A stretch of DNA of 64,000 bases from a bacterium (GCA_024228495.1 JAAETJ010000996.1:34211-98210); one strand, 5' to 3'; numbered from the stretch's first letter, positions 9,415 through 19,835 are shown. Numbers and translations are program-made. Notes: a model not told the origin generated them from the letters alone.

Positions 9415-10809
9415 ATGGGTCACAATAAAAAAGTACATATAGTTGGGGCGGGACTTGCTGGTTCCGAAGCAGCCTGGCAACTGGCAAATGCCGGTGTCAG
9501 CGTTGCGCTACATGAAATGCGGCCGGTTATAACGACAAAGGCTCATCAAGGAGATGGTTGCGCAGAACTTGTTTGCTCCAATTCTTTTCGTTCAGATGAT
9601 CATAATCAAAACGCTGTTGGTGTCATTCATCAAGAAATGCGGCTTGCCGGCTCCTTGATTATGGAAGCGGCAGATGCCACAAAACTCCCTGCAGGCGGTG
9701 CTTTGGCGGTCGATAGAGAGCAATTCTCTCAATATGTAAGTGACAAGCTGGCAGCTCACAATTTGATTGATCTCCGGCGCAACGAAACATCCAAAATTCC
9801 TGTAGAGGATGCTTCCTCAACCATCATCGCCAGCGGCCCTTTAACCTCAGACAAGCTTGGCACGGCAATAGGTGAACTGACCGGTAGGGATGAATTAGCT
9901 TTTTTTGATGCCATTGCTCCCATCATCCACAAAGAAAGTATCGATTTTGATAAAGTCTGGTTCCAGTCGCGGTATGATAAGAAGGGCCCTGGAGGTACAG
10001 GAGCCGATTACATCAATTGTGCTCTTGATAAAGAACAATATGAATCATTTGTCACTGATCTGGTTAAAGGAGAAAAAGCCGATTTTAAGGAATGGGAAAA
10101 AAGCACGCCCTATTTTGAGGGTTGTTTGCCAATCGAAGTGATGGCCGAACGCGGCTCTGAAACACTACGTTTTGGTCCCATGAAGCCTGTTGGACTGACC
10201 AACCCCCATGATCCGGATGTCAAACCATATGCGATCATTCAGCTCCGCCAGGACAACGCACTTGGCTCGCTTTGGAATATGGTCGGCTTCCAGACCAAGC
10301 TGGTCTATAGCGAACAAACCCGTATCTTCCGTAAAATTCCAGGCTTGGAGAACGCTGTGTTCGCGCGTCTTGGCGGGCTACACAGAAATACCTTCCTGAA
10401 CAGTCCCAAATTGCTTGATCAATCACTGCGACTGATTGTCGAACCGCGCATTCGTTTCGCAGGTCAGATCACCGGCGTTGAGGGGTATGTTGAATCAGCC
10501 GCTATGGGCCTGCTTGCCGGACGCTTTGCGGCCCGAGACGTGCTAAAAGGCGAGGAAGACAGTCCTCTGCGCCCTCCTCCAAAAACCAGCGCCCACGGCG
10601 CTCTAATAGAGCATATCACTGGTGGCCATCTCATCGAAAAACAAAGTTTTCAACCAATGAACATTAATTTCGGTTTATTCCCGGCAGTTGAAATCCCCAC
10701 GCATGATAAGAACGGAAATAAATTAAAGGGAAAACAAAAGAGTATCGCCCGCAAGCAGGCGAACAGCCAACGAGCCCTAAAAGATTTTGCTCAGTGGCTA
10801 ACGCTTTGA
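9415..10809 (+). CDS. trmFO: Methylenetetrahydrofolate--tRNA-(uracil-5-)-methyltransferase TrmFO
   Basis: FAD fold [26 protein letters not shown] and [16 protein letters not shown] are typical of Gid/TrmFO. ATG 9415 is preceded by GAGGG. The ORF is open from 9388. Confidence 0.9.
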   Translation: MGHNKKVHIVGAGLAGSEAAWQLANAGVSVALHEMRPVITTKAHQGDGCAELVCSNSFRSDDHNQNAVGVIHQEMRLAGSLIMEAADATKLPAGGALAVDREQFSQYVSDKLAAHNLIDLRRNETSKIPVEDASSTIIASGPLTSDKLGTAIGELTGRDELAFFDAIAPIIHKESIDFDKVWFQSRYDKKGPGGTGADYINCALDKEQYESFVTDLVKGEKADFKEWEKSTPYFEGCLPIEVMAERGSETLRFGPMKPVGLTNPHDPDVKPYAIIQLRQDNALGSLWNMVGFQTKLVYSEQTRIFRKIPGLENAVFARLGGLHRNTFLNSPKLLDQSLRLIVEPRIRFAGQITGVEGYVESAAMGLLAGRFAARDVLKGEEDSPLRPPPKTSAHGALIEHITGGHLIEKQSFQPMNINFGLFPAVEIPTHDKNGNKLKGKQKSIARKQANSQRALKDFAQWLTL

Positions 10810-10819
10810 CCCCTCATCA

Positions 10820-12709
10820 CTATTCGTCATATTTGCGAAGTATTTTACGCGCCTTTTTTACAACGGCATCAGCGATCGCGGCGTGCCCTTCTGCGGTTGG
10901 ATGAAAGGAACCCGAATAGGTGCCCGCCATCACGACCTGGAACCATTTTGTCCGTTTGTGTCGCATTAATCGATTTGAAACAGCCCCGCTGGTATGAAAA
11001 TGACCGGTCATATAAGCGTCATTAGGTGTGCGGAACCAGCGCTGGCGACTGATATAGGGAAAAAATTCGCTTGGCTGGTAGCTTGACCACTGCTTATCAG
11101 CATACCGAGGCAAGTCCAGTTGTTCAGCAATCAAATCTGGGTCTTCTGGACTAACCGCGCAAAAACCGTGAGAAGCGAACTGATCACGGTGTTCATCGAC
11201 AAATGTCCAGCCATGCGCACGCGAGGATAATTTCATCAAATCAAACAACTCATCTGCAAATAGGGAGGCTTCCTTCAGTTTCTCATTTTCGACCGAGAAA
11301 TCTGGGTAAAGGGACATACCCGCATTGCCTGAAGGGCAAAGGCTCTGACCATCCTCAGTACGTTCCATGCGTGGATAGGCCGACAGAATAATCCGGTCAG
11401 ATTGTTTCCACGGAATTTTCAACATATAGTGAAAAGCCTTGTTGAGGGCCTCGTAACGGGTTTTGAGAACCCCCAGAGCTTTCCTTGCTTCCTTTGCACC
11501 ATAAACGCTGCCAACCCAGCCACCGATATCTTTCAGCAGGCTTTTATCCTGCATGATCGCATTTGCGACAAGGCTGGAAAATCCAACATCATTGCCGCCA
11601 ATCGAAACCAGCAACAGATCTATCTTGCGGCGTGGTTTGTAGCATTTGTTGAGCACCATATTTTCAAGTTCGGGCAGCTTGCCAAGCTGAGTATAGCCCG
11701 AAGTGTAGTCCTTGGGCGTGCTGTTGCCCTTGCCACATAGTTCTTCGGAGACATAGCTCAATTGCGGAAGCCGGGGCGGATGCTTATCCCATTCATTGCC
11801 TTTGTATCGCAAAAACAGGCCAACAGTTATTTCTGATCCCGAACAGGCAAATCCTGCAAATGTGACGGCGCGGTGGGGATCTTCAATGGAGAGCTGTAAG
11901 GCTGTGCGCAGTTGATAGGAATATAGCGAGCGATGACATGCGCGGCTTTGCCATCTGGCAGCTTCACGCAAAAAGGCAGCATCCCCCACTTCTTTCCAAT
12001 CCCCCCGCCTTGTGGGATAACCTTTCATGGGGCGCTTGTTTGGATCAAGGCCATAATCAGCTGAATGGTCATCTGTAAATTTTACAGGATCATCTGGATT
12101 GCCTTCTCCAGAGGCAAAACTGTCCCCTACTCCAACGATAAAGATATCGTTGACCCGAATATGCGTATTGGCTTTTTTGTTTCCGTTGATAGAGACACTA
12201 AGGCGTCCGCCTTTGGGAAAGGGAATGTCAAATCCGACTTCGTCACCGCACAAAGATGCCTGGCGATATGTAGCGCGACGCCCTGATCCTTTGTTGTTCG
12301 CAACAAAGGCCCATTCACATCGATCAGCAGGCTTAAAAGTACCCGCATAGCGGACCAGCACCTTGTGCTCATTAGGATTGATGTAATCTATCCCCTTGCC
12401 ACGACAAAAGCGATATCTGTTATGGGTATTATCCCAGCAAGTCTGGGTAAAAACATCTTCCGCCCAACCACGTTGGTTATTATCTGCCAGCTTGCGTTCC
12501 ATAGATAATACGGGATTTTTCTTCTCTTCATCGCTTAAAGAACGATAGAGATCAACGTGCGCATTGCTGTGTTCTGGATTGAGAAACAGGCGAAAAGGGT
12601 TTTCAACCCGCCATTCGATGACGCCTTCAGCCTTGGCCAAAGATACTCCCTGGCTGGCAATGAGGATCATCAATGAAGCAGTGATCTGCTTGAACGTGCG
12701 CAATCTCAT
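10820..12709 (-). CDS. Large secreted SGNH/GDSL-family hydrolase (lipase/esterase-like)
   Basis: 629 aa with signal peptide MRLRTFKQITASLMILIASQGVSLAKA, block I VGVGDSFASGEGNP, block III SIGGNDVGF, and a C-terminal SFHPTAEGH. The N-terminal domain is about 190 aa and Cys-containing, with no recognised family. Confidence 0.6.
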   Translation of the reverse strand: MRLRTFKQITASLMILIASQGVSLAKAEGVIEWRVENPFRLFLNPEHSNAHVDLYRSLSDEEKKNPVLSMERKLADNNQRGWAEDVFTQTCWDNTHNRYRFCRGKGIDYINPNEHKVLVRYAGTFKPADRCEWAFVANNKGSGRRATYRQASLCGDEVGFDIPFPKGGRLSVSINGNKKANTHIRVNDIFIVGVGDSFASGEGNPDDPVKFTDDHSADYGLDPNKRPMKGYPTRRGDWKEVGDAAFLREAARWQSRACHRSLYSYQLRTALQLSIEDPHRAVTFAGFACSGSEITVGLFLRYKGNEWDKHPPRLPQLSYVSEELCGKGNSTPKDYTSGYTQLGKLPELENMVLNKCYKPRRKIDLLLVSIGGNDVGFSSLVANAIMQDKSLLKDIGGWVGSVYGAKEARKALGVLKTRYEALNKAFHYMLKIPWKQSDRIILSAYPRMERTEDGQSLCPSGNAGMSLYPDFSVENEKLKEASLFADELFDLMKLSSRAHGWTFVDEHRDQFASHGFCAVSPEDPDLIAEQLDLPRYADKQWSSYQPSEFFPYISRQRWFRTPNDAYMTGHFHTSGAVSNRLMRHKRTKWFQVVMAGTYSGSFHPTAEGHAAIADAVVKKARKILRKYDE

Positions 12710-12757
12710 ATATTCAATCCGGTACGTAATGGCAGCAAAATACGCGCTGCACGAGAA

Positions 12758-13495
12758 TTATCGAAAACCCTTGCGGGCTGCCCGCCACAATATCCATGCT
12801 TTACGCGCAGGATGCAGATCAATTGACTGGGTCAGAGCTTTGTCTGACCTCTGAAATAGGTCCAAATATGGCGCTACAAGGGCAAGTGGTAATATCGCGG
12901 CTCTCAATGAGGGATCAAGTGCCGATAAATCAGCCCTTATAGAAGTAAACGCGTCTTGGGTTTGGTCGTAAAACATCGCCATATCGCGCTTATTGTTTTG
13001 AAACTGGCGTTTTTCAGTGGCCAACAGCGAGGCACCACCATAAGCCAACCCACATTGCTGAAAAAAACGCGTGTTCACGAGAGCATCAGACGTCGACAAA
13101 TAGGTCCAATAAAGGTCAAACAGAACAACTTGCTGTTCACAATTGTCGTAAAATAACTTGGCAAGCGAAAAATCTTCATCCTGTCTTTTCTCAAAAGCAC
13201 AAATCATATTTTCAAGCTTATTAAACAAAACTGTTTGCTCGGAGAAATGCTCAATTAATATGCTTGCAAGCTTATGGCCCGCACCGCTCGTCTCAAACAG
13301 TGCCTCTCTCCAGAATTGGGTTCTGATACGTCTAAGCAAAGGATCACTGGTCTGATAACGTATTTTGCCGAGTTCCATATCAAGTGCACAAAGCAAATGC
13401 ATGCCACGGCGCTTGCCAGCAGGTACAAAACGCGCACTAATTGCGCGGTCAAAGTCAATTTGCAAGAAATGCTGTGTTGTATAGATGTCATTCAT
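12758..13495 (-). CDS. Squalene/phytoene-synthase-family protein, NDUFAF6-like (probably non-catalytic)
   Basis: 245 aa. The segment LCALDMELGKIR...DPLLRRIRTQFWREAL matches the bacterial SQS/PSY-like family pattern (ALYAF..E..RIR...EP..GEIRLQWWRD). No obvious Asp-rich DxxxD motifs. Confidence 0.65.
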   Translation of the reverse strand: MNDIYTTQHFLQIDFDRAISARFVPAGKRRGMHLLCALDMELGKIRYQTSDPLLRRIRTQFWREALFETSGAGHKLASILIEHFSEQTVLFNKLENMICAFEKRQDEDFSLAKLFYDNCEQQVVLFDLYWTYLSTSDALVNTRFFQQCGLAYGGASLLATEKRQFQNNKRDMAMFYDQTQDAFTSIRADLSALDPSLRAAILPLALVAPYLDLFQRSDKALTQSIDLHPARKAWILWRAARKGFR

Positions 13496-13502
13496 TGAAG
13501 GA

Positions 13503-13877
13503 TCAAATAGCGATCAGTGCAGCAGCAACACGCCGGTCTTCAGAAACCAACACATTAAATGTCCGACAGGCCGCTCCGGTATCCATGACTTCCAAGGCAA
13601 TGTTTTTCTCAATGAACAGCTTGCGCAGCTCGCCTGACGGAAAATGCTGTTTCAAGCCAGTGCCAAGCAATAGAATTTCTATATTATTTTGCGGTTTTAA
13701 AATGGGGGCAAACAAATCTGCGTTAAAGTCTTCTGCCTGATCAGCCGCAAAGGACACCACACCGGTTGGCAGAATGAGGATCGATCCCTCTAGACGGCCA
13801 TCACTCAACCGGAAACCCTTGTTTCCATAAGCCTCGATAAGGCGTTGACCGGTAAATCTGATATCTTGCAATTCCAT
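13503..13877 (-). CDS. Mth938/DUF498-domain protein (NDUFAF3 homologue)
   Basis: 124 aa. IEAYGNKGFRL...GSILILP...EILLLGTG...GIALEVMDTGAACRTFNVL..E.RRVAAALI matches the Mth938-like family. It sits immediately downstream of secF. Confidence 0.75.
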   Translation of the reverse strand: MELQDIRFTGQRLIEAYGNKGFRLSDGRLEGSILILPTGVVSFAADQAEDFNADLFAPILKPQNNIEILLLGTGLKQHFPSGELRKLFIEKNIALEVMDTGAACRTFNVLVSEDRRVAAALIAI

Positions 13878-13916
13878 AGTGTTGTCCAGATCGATTCACC
13901 TGCCCGGAAATGGTGT

Positions 13917-14882
13917 CTAATTGGCGCCAGCACCAGTTTTTTGAGTCGCATTGCCGCTCCAGTCGCGGGTAATATCGAGCGCCTGAAGGATCGGAGACGC
14001 GATAAAGATAGAGGAATAAGTACCAATAACCACACCCCAGATCATCGCAAAGGTAAACCCGCGGATCACTTCGCCGCCAAACACATAAAGGGCACCCAAA
14101 GCCAGCAAGGTGGTGACAGAGGTCAAAATTGTACGCGACAATGTCTGATTGAGCGAAACATCGAGAAGCTCTATCAGCGGCATCTTTTTAAATTTGCGCA
14201 GATTTTCGCGGATGCGATCAAAGACCACCACCGTATCATTCAAAGAGTAGCCAACAATGGTCAAAATGGCAGCGACGATTGACAGGCCAAACTCGATTTG
14301 CAAAAGGGAGAAGATACCAATCGTCATCAATACATCATGGACGAGCGCAACAACTGCCCCAAGTGCAAATTGCCACTCAAACCGGAACCAGATATAAATC
14401 AACACGGCTATGATTGCGGCAACCACGGCAATAACGCCAGATTCAATCAGCTCGCCCTGTACCGTCGGACCTACAACTTCTGTGCTGCGATAAATAACTT
14501 TGTCAGCAAGCTGCTTCTTGATTTTATTCAGCGCAAGTTGCTGAGCCTTGTCGCCACCAGGCTGTAGCTCCACACGGATAATGGCGCAGCTATCGTCAGC
14601 ACAAGCGGATTGCCCGGACAGATCCTTGATGGCCTGGATCTGTACGTCACCCATATTGAGCGCCCGTGACTGATTGCGCAACCAGCCAATATCGATGGCG
14701 CCGGTCCTGGATTTCACTTCGAGGATAGAACCACCGCGAAAATCAATACCAAGATTAAGCCCTTGCGTAAAAAACAGCATCAAAGACGCAGCAACGCCAA
14801 TCGTTGAAAGAGCGATTGCGATAAAACGCCACGATAGAAAAGGTATCTTCGTATTATGGGGTATAAAATCAAAACCCTTCAT
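13917..14882 (-). CDS. secF: Protein translocase subunit SecF
   Basis: 321 aa with a six-TM SecF pattern, GIDFRGGS, and the C-terminal RND-like TM bundle. Confidence 0.95.
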   Translation of the reverse strand: MKGFDFIPHNTKIPFLSWRFIAIALSTIGVAASLMLFFTQGLNLGIDFRGGSILEVKSRTGAIDIGWLRNQSRALNMGDVQIQAIKDLSGQSACADDSCAIIRVELQPGGDKAQQLALNKIKKQLADKVIYRSTEVVGPTVQGELIESGVIAVVAAIIAVLIYIWFRFEWQFALGAVVALVHDVLMTIGIFSLLQIEFGLSIVAAILTIVGYSLNDTVVVFDRIRENLRKFKKMPLIELLDVSLNQTLSRTILTSVTTLLALGALYVFGGEVIRGFTFAMIWGVVIGTYSSIFIASPILQALDITRDWSGNATQKTGAGAN

Positions 14883-14982
14883 TATGTCACCTTGCTCCCA
14901 TTTTCCACCAAACCGGTATAGGCCGTATCTGGATAAGGCCTGTGGCCTAGATATTTCAATATGTGTGCGAATTGATCGGCCA

Positions 14983-16641
14983 TTAGAGAGGCAATACCAA
15001 TCCCTTGGATTTCTTCTTTTGTAGCCAGAATGTGATAATCAGGCGAGTTAGCACAAAAGCGGTAAACACCGATGTTAAAATGCCAATTGATAGCGTAACT
15101 GCAAAACCCCGTACCGGGCCAGATCCCAGCATAAACAGAATAAATGCAGCAATAAACGTTGTGATATTGGCGTCCAAAATGGTACCCAAAGCACGTGAAT
15201 ACCCGGTGTCGATGGCATTGATCGCTGTCTTGCCCGCTCGTAACTCTTCCTTGATGCGCTCGTAAATAAGCACATTCGCGTCCACCGCCATGCCAACGGT
15301 CAAAACGATACCAGCGATCCCCGGCAATGTCAGAGTGGCCTGCAGGATTGATAAAATGGCTACCAGCATAAACAGATTGACGAGCAAAGCCACGACGGCA
15401 AAGGCACCAAACAATCCATAAACGATCAAGGTGAAAATGATCACACCCGCCAACCCGATCCTAGAGGCCAATTTGCCGGCGGCCACACTATCGGCGCCAA
15501 GAGATGCTCCCACCGAGCGCTCTTCAATGATCGACAAGGTAGCAGGCAACGCACCAGAGCGTAGCAGAATCGACAGTTCATTGACGCCATCAATGGTAAA
15601 GTTGCCAGAGATCTGACCACTGCCACCCAAAATGGGTTCACGTATAACCGGTGCCGATATGACATGCACGTCGCGCTTGTTGGTCAGATCATCAATTCCA
15701 TTGTCAATGACAATCGCAAACGGTTCCCCGACATGTGACTTGGTATATTTGCCAAAGCGGCGCGCGCCGGCAGAATTAAAGCGAAAGCTGACAATCGGTT
15801 CGTTTGTCTGCTGATCAAAACCGGGCTGCGCGTCAACAAGGTCTTCGCCAGCGACGATCGGGCGCTTGACCAGCAAATAGGCTGTGGCAAAAGTATCTGT
15901 TGGATCCGCGTCAACAATGATGGTCCCAGCTGGTCGCCCAGTTTGCTGGGCTTCTTGAGCTGTCTTGTCGGTGCGGACTTGATGAAAAGACAGTTTGCCG
16001 GTCTTACCAATCACATCCTTTAGTTTCTTTGGATCATCAAATCCTGGCACTTGCACAAGAATGCGTGTGCGGCCCTGACGCTGTATATTGGGCTCAGTGG
16101 TGCCCAATTGGTCAATACGCCGCCTGATGGTCTCGATAGAGGTGCCAATGGCGCTGTCAATGCGTTGATTGAGCGCCTCCACGGTCGGCTTTAGCGTAAT
16201 GATGCCATTTTCAGCGCGCTCGACAACGAGATCTGTCGTACCAGCTCCGGTGAACACATTTCCCTGTAAATTTTGAATGAGGGTTTTTAGCAATGTGAAA
16301 GCACCGTCATACTGCTCGGGCTTTCTAATGCGTACCTGAACAAGGCCCTGCGCCTTTTTCGTGACCATATTTGAATAGGCAATACGCGGCCGCGCCGCAC
16401 GTAATTTCGACAGGGCATCACCACGAATGGTATCGAGCCATGACTCTTTGATTTCATTGGAATTCATTTCCAGCAAGAGATGCGATCCACCTTGTAGATC
16501 GAGGCCCAGATGTAGGCTCTTGTTGGGGAGCGGATCGGACCAGCTTTGCATCTTGGAAACAAGGTTTGGCATGGCAAAGGTAATACCTAGCAGCGACAAT
16601 AACAAAATCATTATTGTTTGCCATCTGGTGAAATTAAGCAT
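14983..16641 (-). CDS. secD: Protein translocase subunit SecD
   Basis: 552 aa with LGLDLQGGSHLLLE, a large periplasmic domain and the C-terminal TM bundle (GIAGIVLTVGMAVDANVLIYERIKEE). Confidence 0.95.
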   Translation of the reverse strand: MLNFTRWQTIMILLLSLLGITFAMPNLVSKMQSWSDPLPNKSLHLGLDLQGGSHLLLEMNSNEIKESWLDTIRGDALSKLRAARPRIAYSNMVTKKAQGLVQVRIRKPEQYDGAFTLLKTLIQNLQGNVFTGAGTTDLVVERAENGIITLKPTVEALNQRIDSAIGTSIETIRRRIDQLGTTEPNIQRQGRTRILVQVPGFDDPKKLKDVIGKTGKLSFHQVRTDKTAQEAQQTGRPAGTIIVDADPTDTFATAYLLVKRPIVAGEDLVDAQPGFDQQTNEPIVSFRFNSAGARRFGKYTKSHVGEPFAIVIDNGIDDLTNKRDVHVISAPVIREPILGGSGQISGNFTIDGVNELSILLRSGALPATLSIIEERSVGASLGADSVAAGKLASRIGLAGVIIFTLIVYGLFGAFAVVALLVNLFMLVAILSILQATLTLPGIAGIVLTVGMAVDANVLIYERIKEELRAGKTAINAIDTGYSRALGTILDANITTFIAAFILFMLGSGPVRGFAVTLSIGILTSVFTAFVLTRLIITFWLQKKKSKGLVLPL

Positions 16642-16722
16642 AGTCAGTATGTCCCAATAAGTTCAATTCTAGCAACGCCCCGCCACCCGCATCGTCAACG
16701 ACAATATGGCTGCGCGATCGAG

Positions 16723-17055
16723 CTAACTTTTGTCGTCGACCGGTTTGCCCTTGGTGCGCACCTCGGCAATCGTGCCGCGCACGACTTTTACGCGCACATC
16801 AGATGCCAATTCGACAAGCAGATCATTGTCATTGGTAATTTTCACAACCTTGCCTATCAACCCACCAGCCGTGACAACCGTATCGCCTCTGGAGAGCGCG
16901 TTGACCATTTCCTGATGCTGTTTGACCCTCTTTTGTTGAGGCCGGATAATCAGGAAATACATGATGGCAAAGATGGCGATGAACGGCAGGATCTGCAATA
17001 AGGCACTGCTTCCTCCTCCACCAGCGGCTTGCGCATATGCGGGAGTAATTAACAT
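16723..17055 (-). CDS. yajC: Preprotein translocase subunit YajC
   Basis: 110 aa with a single TM, IRPQQKR, and GDTVVTAGGLIGKV. Confidence 0.95.
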   Translation of the reverse strand: MLITPAYAQAAGGGGSSALLQILPFIAIFAIMYFLIIRPQQKRVKQHQEMVNALSRGDTVVTAGGLIGKVVKITNDNDLLVELASDVRVKVVRGTIAEVRTKGKPVDDKS

Positions 17056-17204
17056 GGTGGTTCCCCATTTTGTCTTTGTCTAATTTCAAATTGCTCGGCA
17101 AAAGCCTTCATGACACGGCTTTTGACGGATGTCACGCTTGTATTTTATCAAATATGACTATACTGCATGCAAAAGCAGTTCAACCCCTATGGATATACCC
17201 GCCA

Positions 17205-18065
17205 ATGAGTGATTCCGCCGATATTATTACGCTTCTGGAGAGAATTGCAACGGCGCTGGAGGGCTTCCATCCACCGCTTAATGATCACCCCTCGCTTGCT
17301 GCCAGTAATGCTTATGTCTGGGAGTCCAAAAATGCACGTTTTTTGACTATTGATCAAGTAAATGTGCTTGATCTTTCGCTTCTTCAAGGGATCGAACAGC
17401 AAAAATCCACTCTTCTGGCCAACAGTTTGCAGTTTGCCAACGGCTTTGCCGCCAATAATACCCTTCTATGGGGTGCCAGAGGCATGGGCAAGAGCTCGCT
17501 GATCAAGTCCGTCCACAAAGCAATCACTGATCAGGGCCTGCCCCTGAAACTCATTGAAATCCACCGCGAAGATATTGATAGCCTGCCGCAATGCCTGCAA
17601 ATGATCAAAGAGAGTGACCATCGGGTCATTCTCTTTTGTGATGATCTATCGTTTGAACCAAATGACAGCAGCTACAAAAGCCTGAAAGCGGTATTGGAAG
17701 GTGGTCTAGAAGGGCGCCCCGAGAACACGCTGTTTTATGCCACCTCAAACAGACGGCATTTGATGCCACGCGACATGATCGAAAACGAAAGGTCAACAGC
17801 CATTAACCCGTCTGAAGCAGTGGAAGAAAAAATCTCTCTTTCTGACCGCTTTGGTCTGTGGGTTGGGTTTCATAATTGTTCACAAAAAACCTATCTGCAA
17901 ATAATTGAACAATATGTAAATTATTACAAGCTGGATATTGATAAGGTGTCTCTCAAATCGCAAGCTATTGAATGGTCGGCCACACGCGGTTCACGTTCTG
18001 GGCGTGTCGCGTGGCAATTCATTCAAGACCTTGCCGGACGACAAAAAAAACGGCTTGAAAATTGA
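17205..18065 (+). CDS. DUF815-type AAA/P-loop ATPase
   Basis: Walker A GARGMGKSSLIK and Walker B ILFCDDLSF. The arrangement divergent from yajC is conserved. ATG 17205 (MSDSADIITLLERI) is preferred over 17070, which would leave no promoter space. Confidence 0.7.
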   Translation: MSDSADIITLLERIATALEGFHPPLNDHPSLAASNAYVWESKNARFLTIDQVNVLDLSLLQGIEQQKSTLLANSLQFANGFAANNTLLWGARGMGKSSLIKSVHKAITDQGLPLKLIEIHREDIDSLPQCLQMIKESDHRVILFCDDLSFEPNDSSYKSLKAVLEGGLEGRPENTLFYATSNRRHLMPRDMIENERSTAINPSEAVEEKISLSDRFGLWVGFHNCSQKTYLQIIEQYVNYYKLDIDKVSLKSQAIEWSATRGSRSGRVAWQFIQDLAGRQKKRLEN

Positions 18066-18114
18066 ATTCCAAACCGCTTCTTATATTATTCATGATTTAG
18101 TCGCGTCTACAAGA

Positions 18115-19650
18115 TCAGGTCCCAGCCATAAAACTGGTTGGATCAACAGGTTTTGAGCCCTTGCGTAGTTCAAAATGAACCTGCGGCACTTCCACCGAAC
18201 CACTGGTGCCGGCTCGCGCTATGATCTGGCCACGTTTAATTTTTTCACCGCGCTTGACAATTAGCTTGTCATTGTGGGCGTAGGCGCTGACCCAATCATT
18301 GGAATGACGAATAAGTATGAGATTGCCATATCCCTCTAGCTCACTACCAACATAGGCAACCACACCAGATTCAGCAGCTTTTACCTTTGTACCATTTGGT
18401 ACAGCCAGATTAATCCCATCATTATGAGTGCCATCTGTACGTGGTCCAAACTTGCCAATGATGCGCCCGCGCACAGGCCACCTGAAAGCAGTACTGACAG
18501 CACCCTTTTTTGAGGGCTTTTTCATTGCCACGGATTGCTGTTTTATGACCGTCGCTGAAGGTGATTTTTTGGAAAAACCAAGGTTGATCGCCTGGGTCTT
18601 TACCTTGCGTACTTTCAACTCCGATGGTTGTTTGGGAGATAGCTTAACAGCCTTTTTCATATTGCGCACAGGATTAGCACGGGTTGGTAAAATCAACACT
18701 TCTCCAGCGCGAATACTACCGGGGTCCGTGACGCCATTGACGTCCGCAAGCTGCGCGCTACTGACACCGTGTTTCTTGGCAATGTTGGCGAATCTTTCGC
18801 CAGGGCGTACAGTATAGGTCCCGCTGGTTCGCGCTTTGACTCTTGTTGCAGCATCAGCTTGACTGGAGCGTGCAATGGTCTGTCGTGCGCCACCTGGTAC
18901 TGTGAGACGTTGGCCAACGGTCAAATTTGAATCCACCAAGCCATTCATTTCCATAAGCTCAACGATCGAGACATTGTGACGACGGCCAATAGAATACAGC
19001 GTATCACCGCTTGAAACCGTCATGCTGGAGGAGCCATCAGCTGACTTGCTGGTCGCTTTCACTGGCCTATTGCTAGTGCGGATATCATGAGCAGCACGTA
19101 GCTTGATTTTTGGTTGTGAATTATAATTATATCCGCGTGGTTCAGATGGAAGGAACGAACGTTTCGCCTCAATAATGGGTTTCATTGGTGCTGCATCATA
19201 CCGTGAAGGCTTGCGCGCATGTGGTCTCATATTGCGAGAATATTGTTCTTTAGCATTGGACACTGGTGCGCGATTGACCGCGCCATACCGAGCGGCGCGC
19301 ACTTCAGGAGCAGCTGTTTGGGCAGGAAGATAAGAACTGCGCGTATTGTAATTTGTAGAACTTCCAGCCACAGAGCTGGCACCCCGGTCTTTTTCAAATC
19401 CCGCCAACCCACTATCGCTTGAATATCGTGTAAGATCGTTCGCGCTGGGTTCTATTGTCGGGGCCAACGGAAGGGAGAAGGTAGAAGAGTCATTATCGTC
19501 CGTGGATGACAGACCAAACATTGGAAAATCAAATCGCGACACACCGCTACTGCACGATGCCAGAAACATTGATCCCAAAATGATCGATAAAACAGGAATG
19601 ACCCGACTTTGTACTAACTCTTTAAACATGAGACTGTCCATTTTACTCAC
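18115..19650 (-). CDS. nlpD: NlpD-like lipoprotein: two LysM domains plus a degenerate LytM (M23) domain
   Basis: Lipobox MFLASC. LysM repeats YTVSSGDTLYSIGRRHNVS... and YTVRPGERFANIAKKHGVS.... The C-terminal M23 fold has HxxxD degraded (THNDGIN) and HxH reduced to QVH. Confidence 0.85.
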   Translation of the reverse strand: MSKMDSLMFKELVQSRVIPVLSIILGSMFLASCSSGVSRFDFPMFGLSSTDDNDSSTFSLPLAPTIEPSANDLTRYSSDSGLAGFEKDRGASSVAGSSTNYNTRSSYLPAQTAAPEVRAARYGAVNRAPVSNAKEQYSRNMRPHARKPSRYDAAPMKPIIEAKRSFLPSEPRGYNYNSQPKIKLRAAHDIRTSNRPVKATSKSADGSSSMTVSSGDTLYSIGRRHNVSIVELMEMNGLVDSNLTVGQRLTVPGGARQTIARSSQADAATRVKARTSGTYTVRPGERFANIAKKHGVSSAQLADVNGVTDPGSIRAGEVLILPTRANPVRNMKKAVKLSPKQPSELKVRKVKTQAINLGFSKKSPSATVIKQQSVAMKKPSKKGAVSTAFRWPVRGRIIGKFGPRTDGTHNDGINLAVPNGTKVKAAESGVVAYVGSELEGYGNLILIRHSNDWVSAYAHNDKLIVKRGEKIKRGQIIARAGTSGSVEVPQVHFELRKGSKPVDPTSFMAGT

Positions 19651-19684
19651 CTAACAACAGAGTTAAATTTTAGGCGATTAAGTA

Positions 19685-19700
19685 TTAACAAGGCGTTAAC
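19685..19700. promoter_or_regulatory. Full consensus CtrA box TTAA-N7-TTAAC upstream of the nlpD-like gene
   Basis: The sequence TTAACAAGGCGTTAAC lies 35-50 bp upstream of the start codon at 19650. It is the only full TTAA-N7-TTAA match I found in any intergenic region of the window. Confidence 0.4.
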
Positions 19701-19835
19701 AGAATCGCTTATGGAAAAAATTCGTGAATTGGTCATACGCATTAATGACATAAAGTAGGAATTGCTTGTGGCACAGGAAGGGCGCAAATCAGGCGATATT
19801 GTGAGGAGCCATATTTATGCACACGAAGGCGGTTC

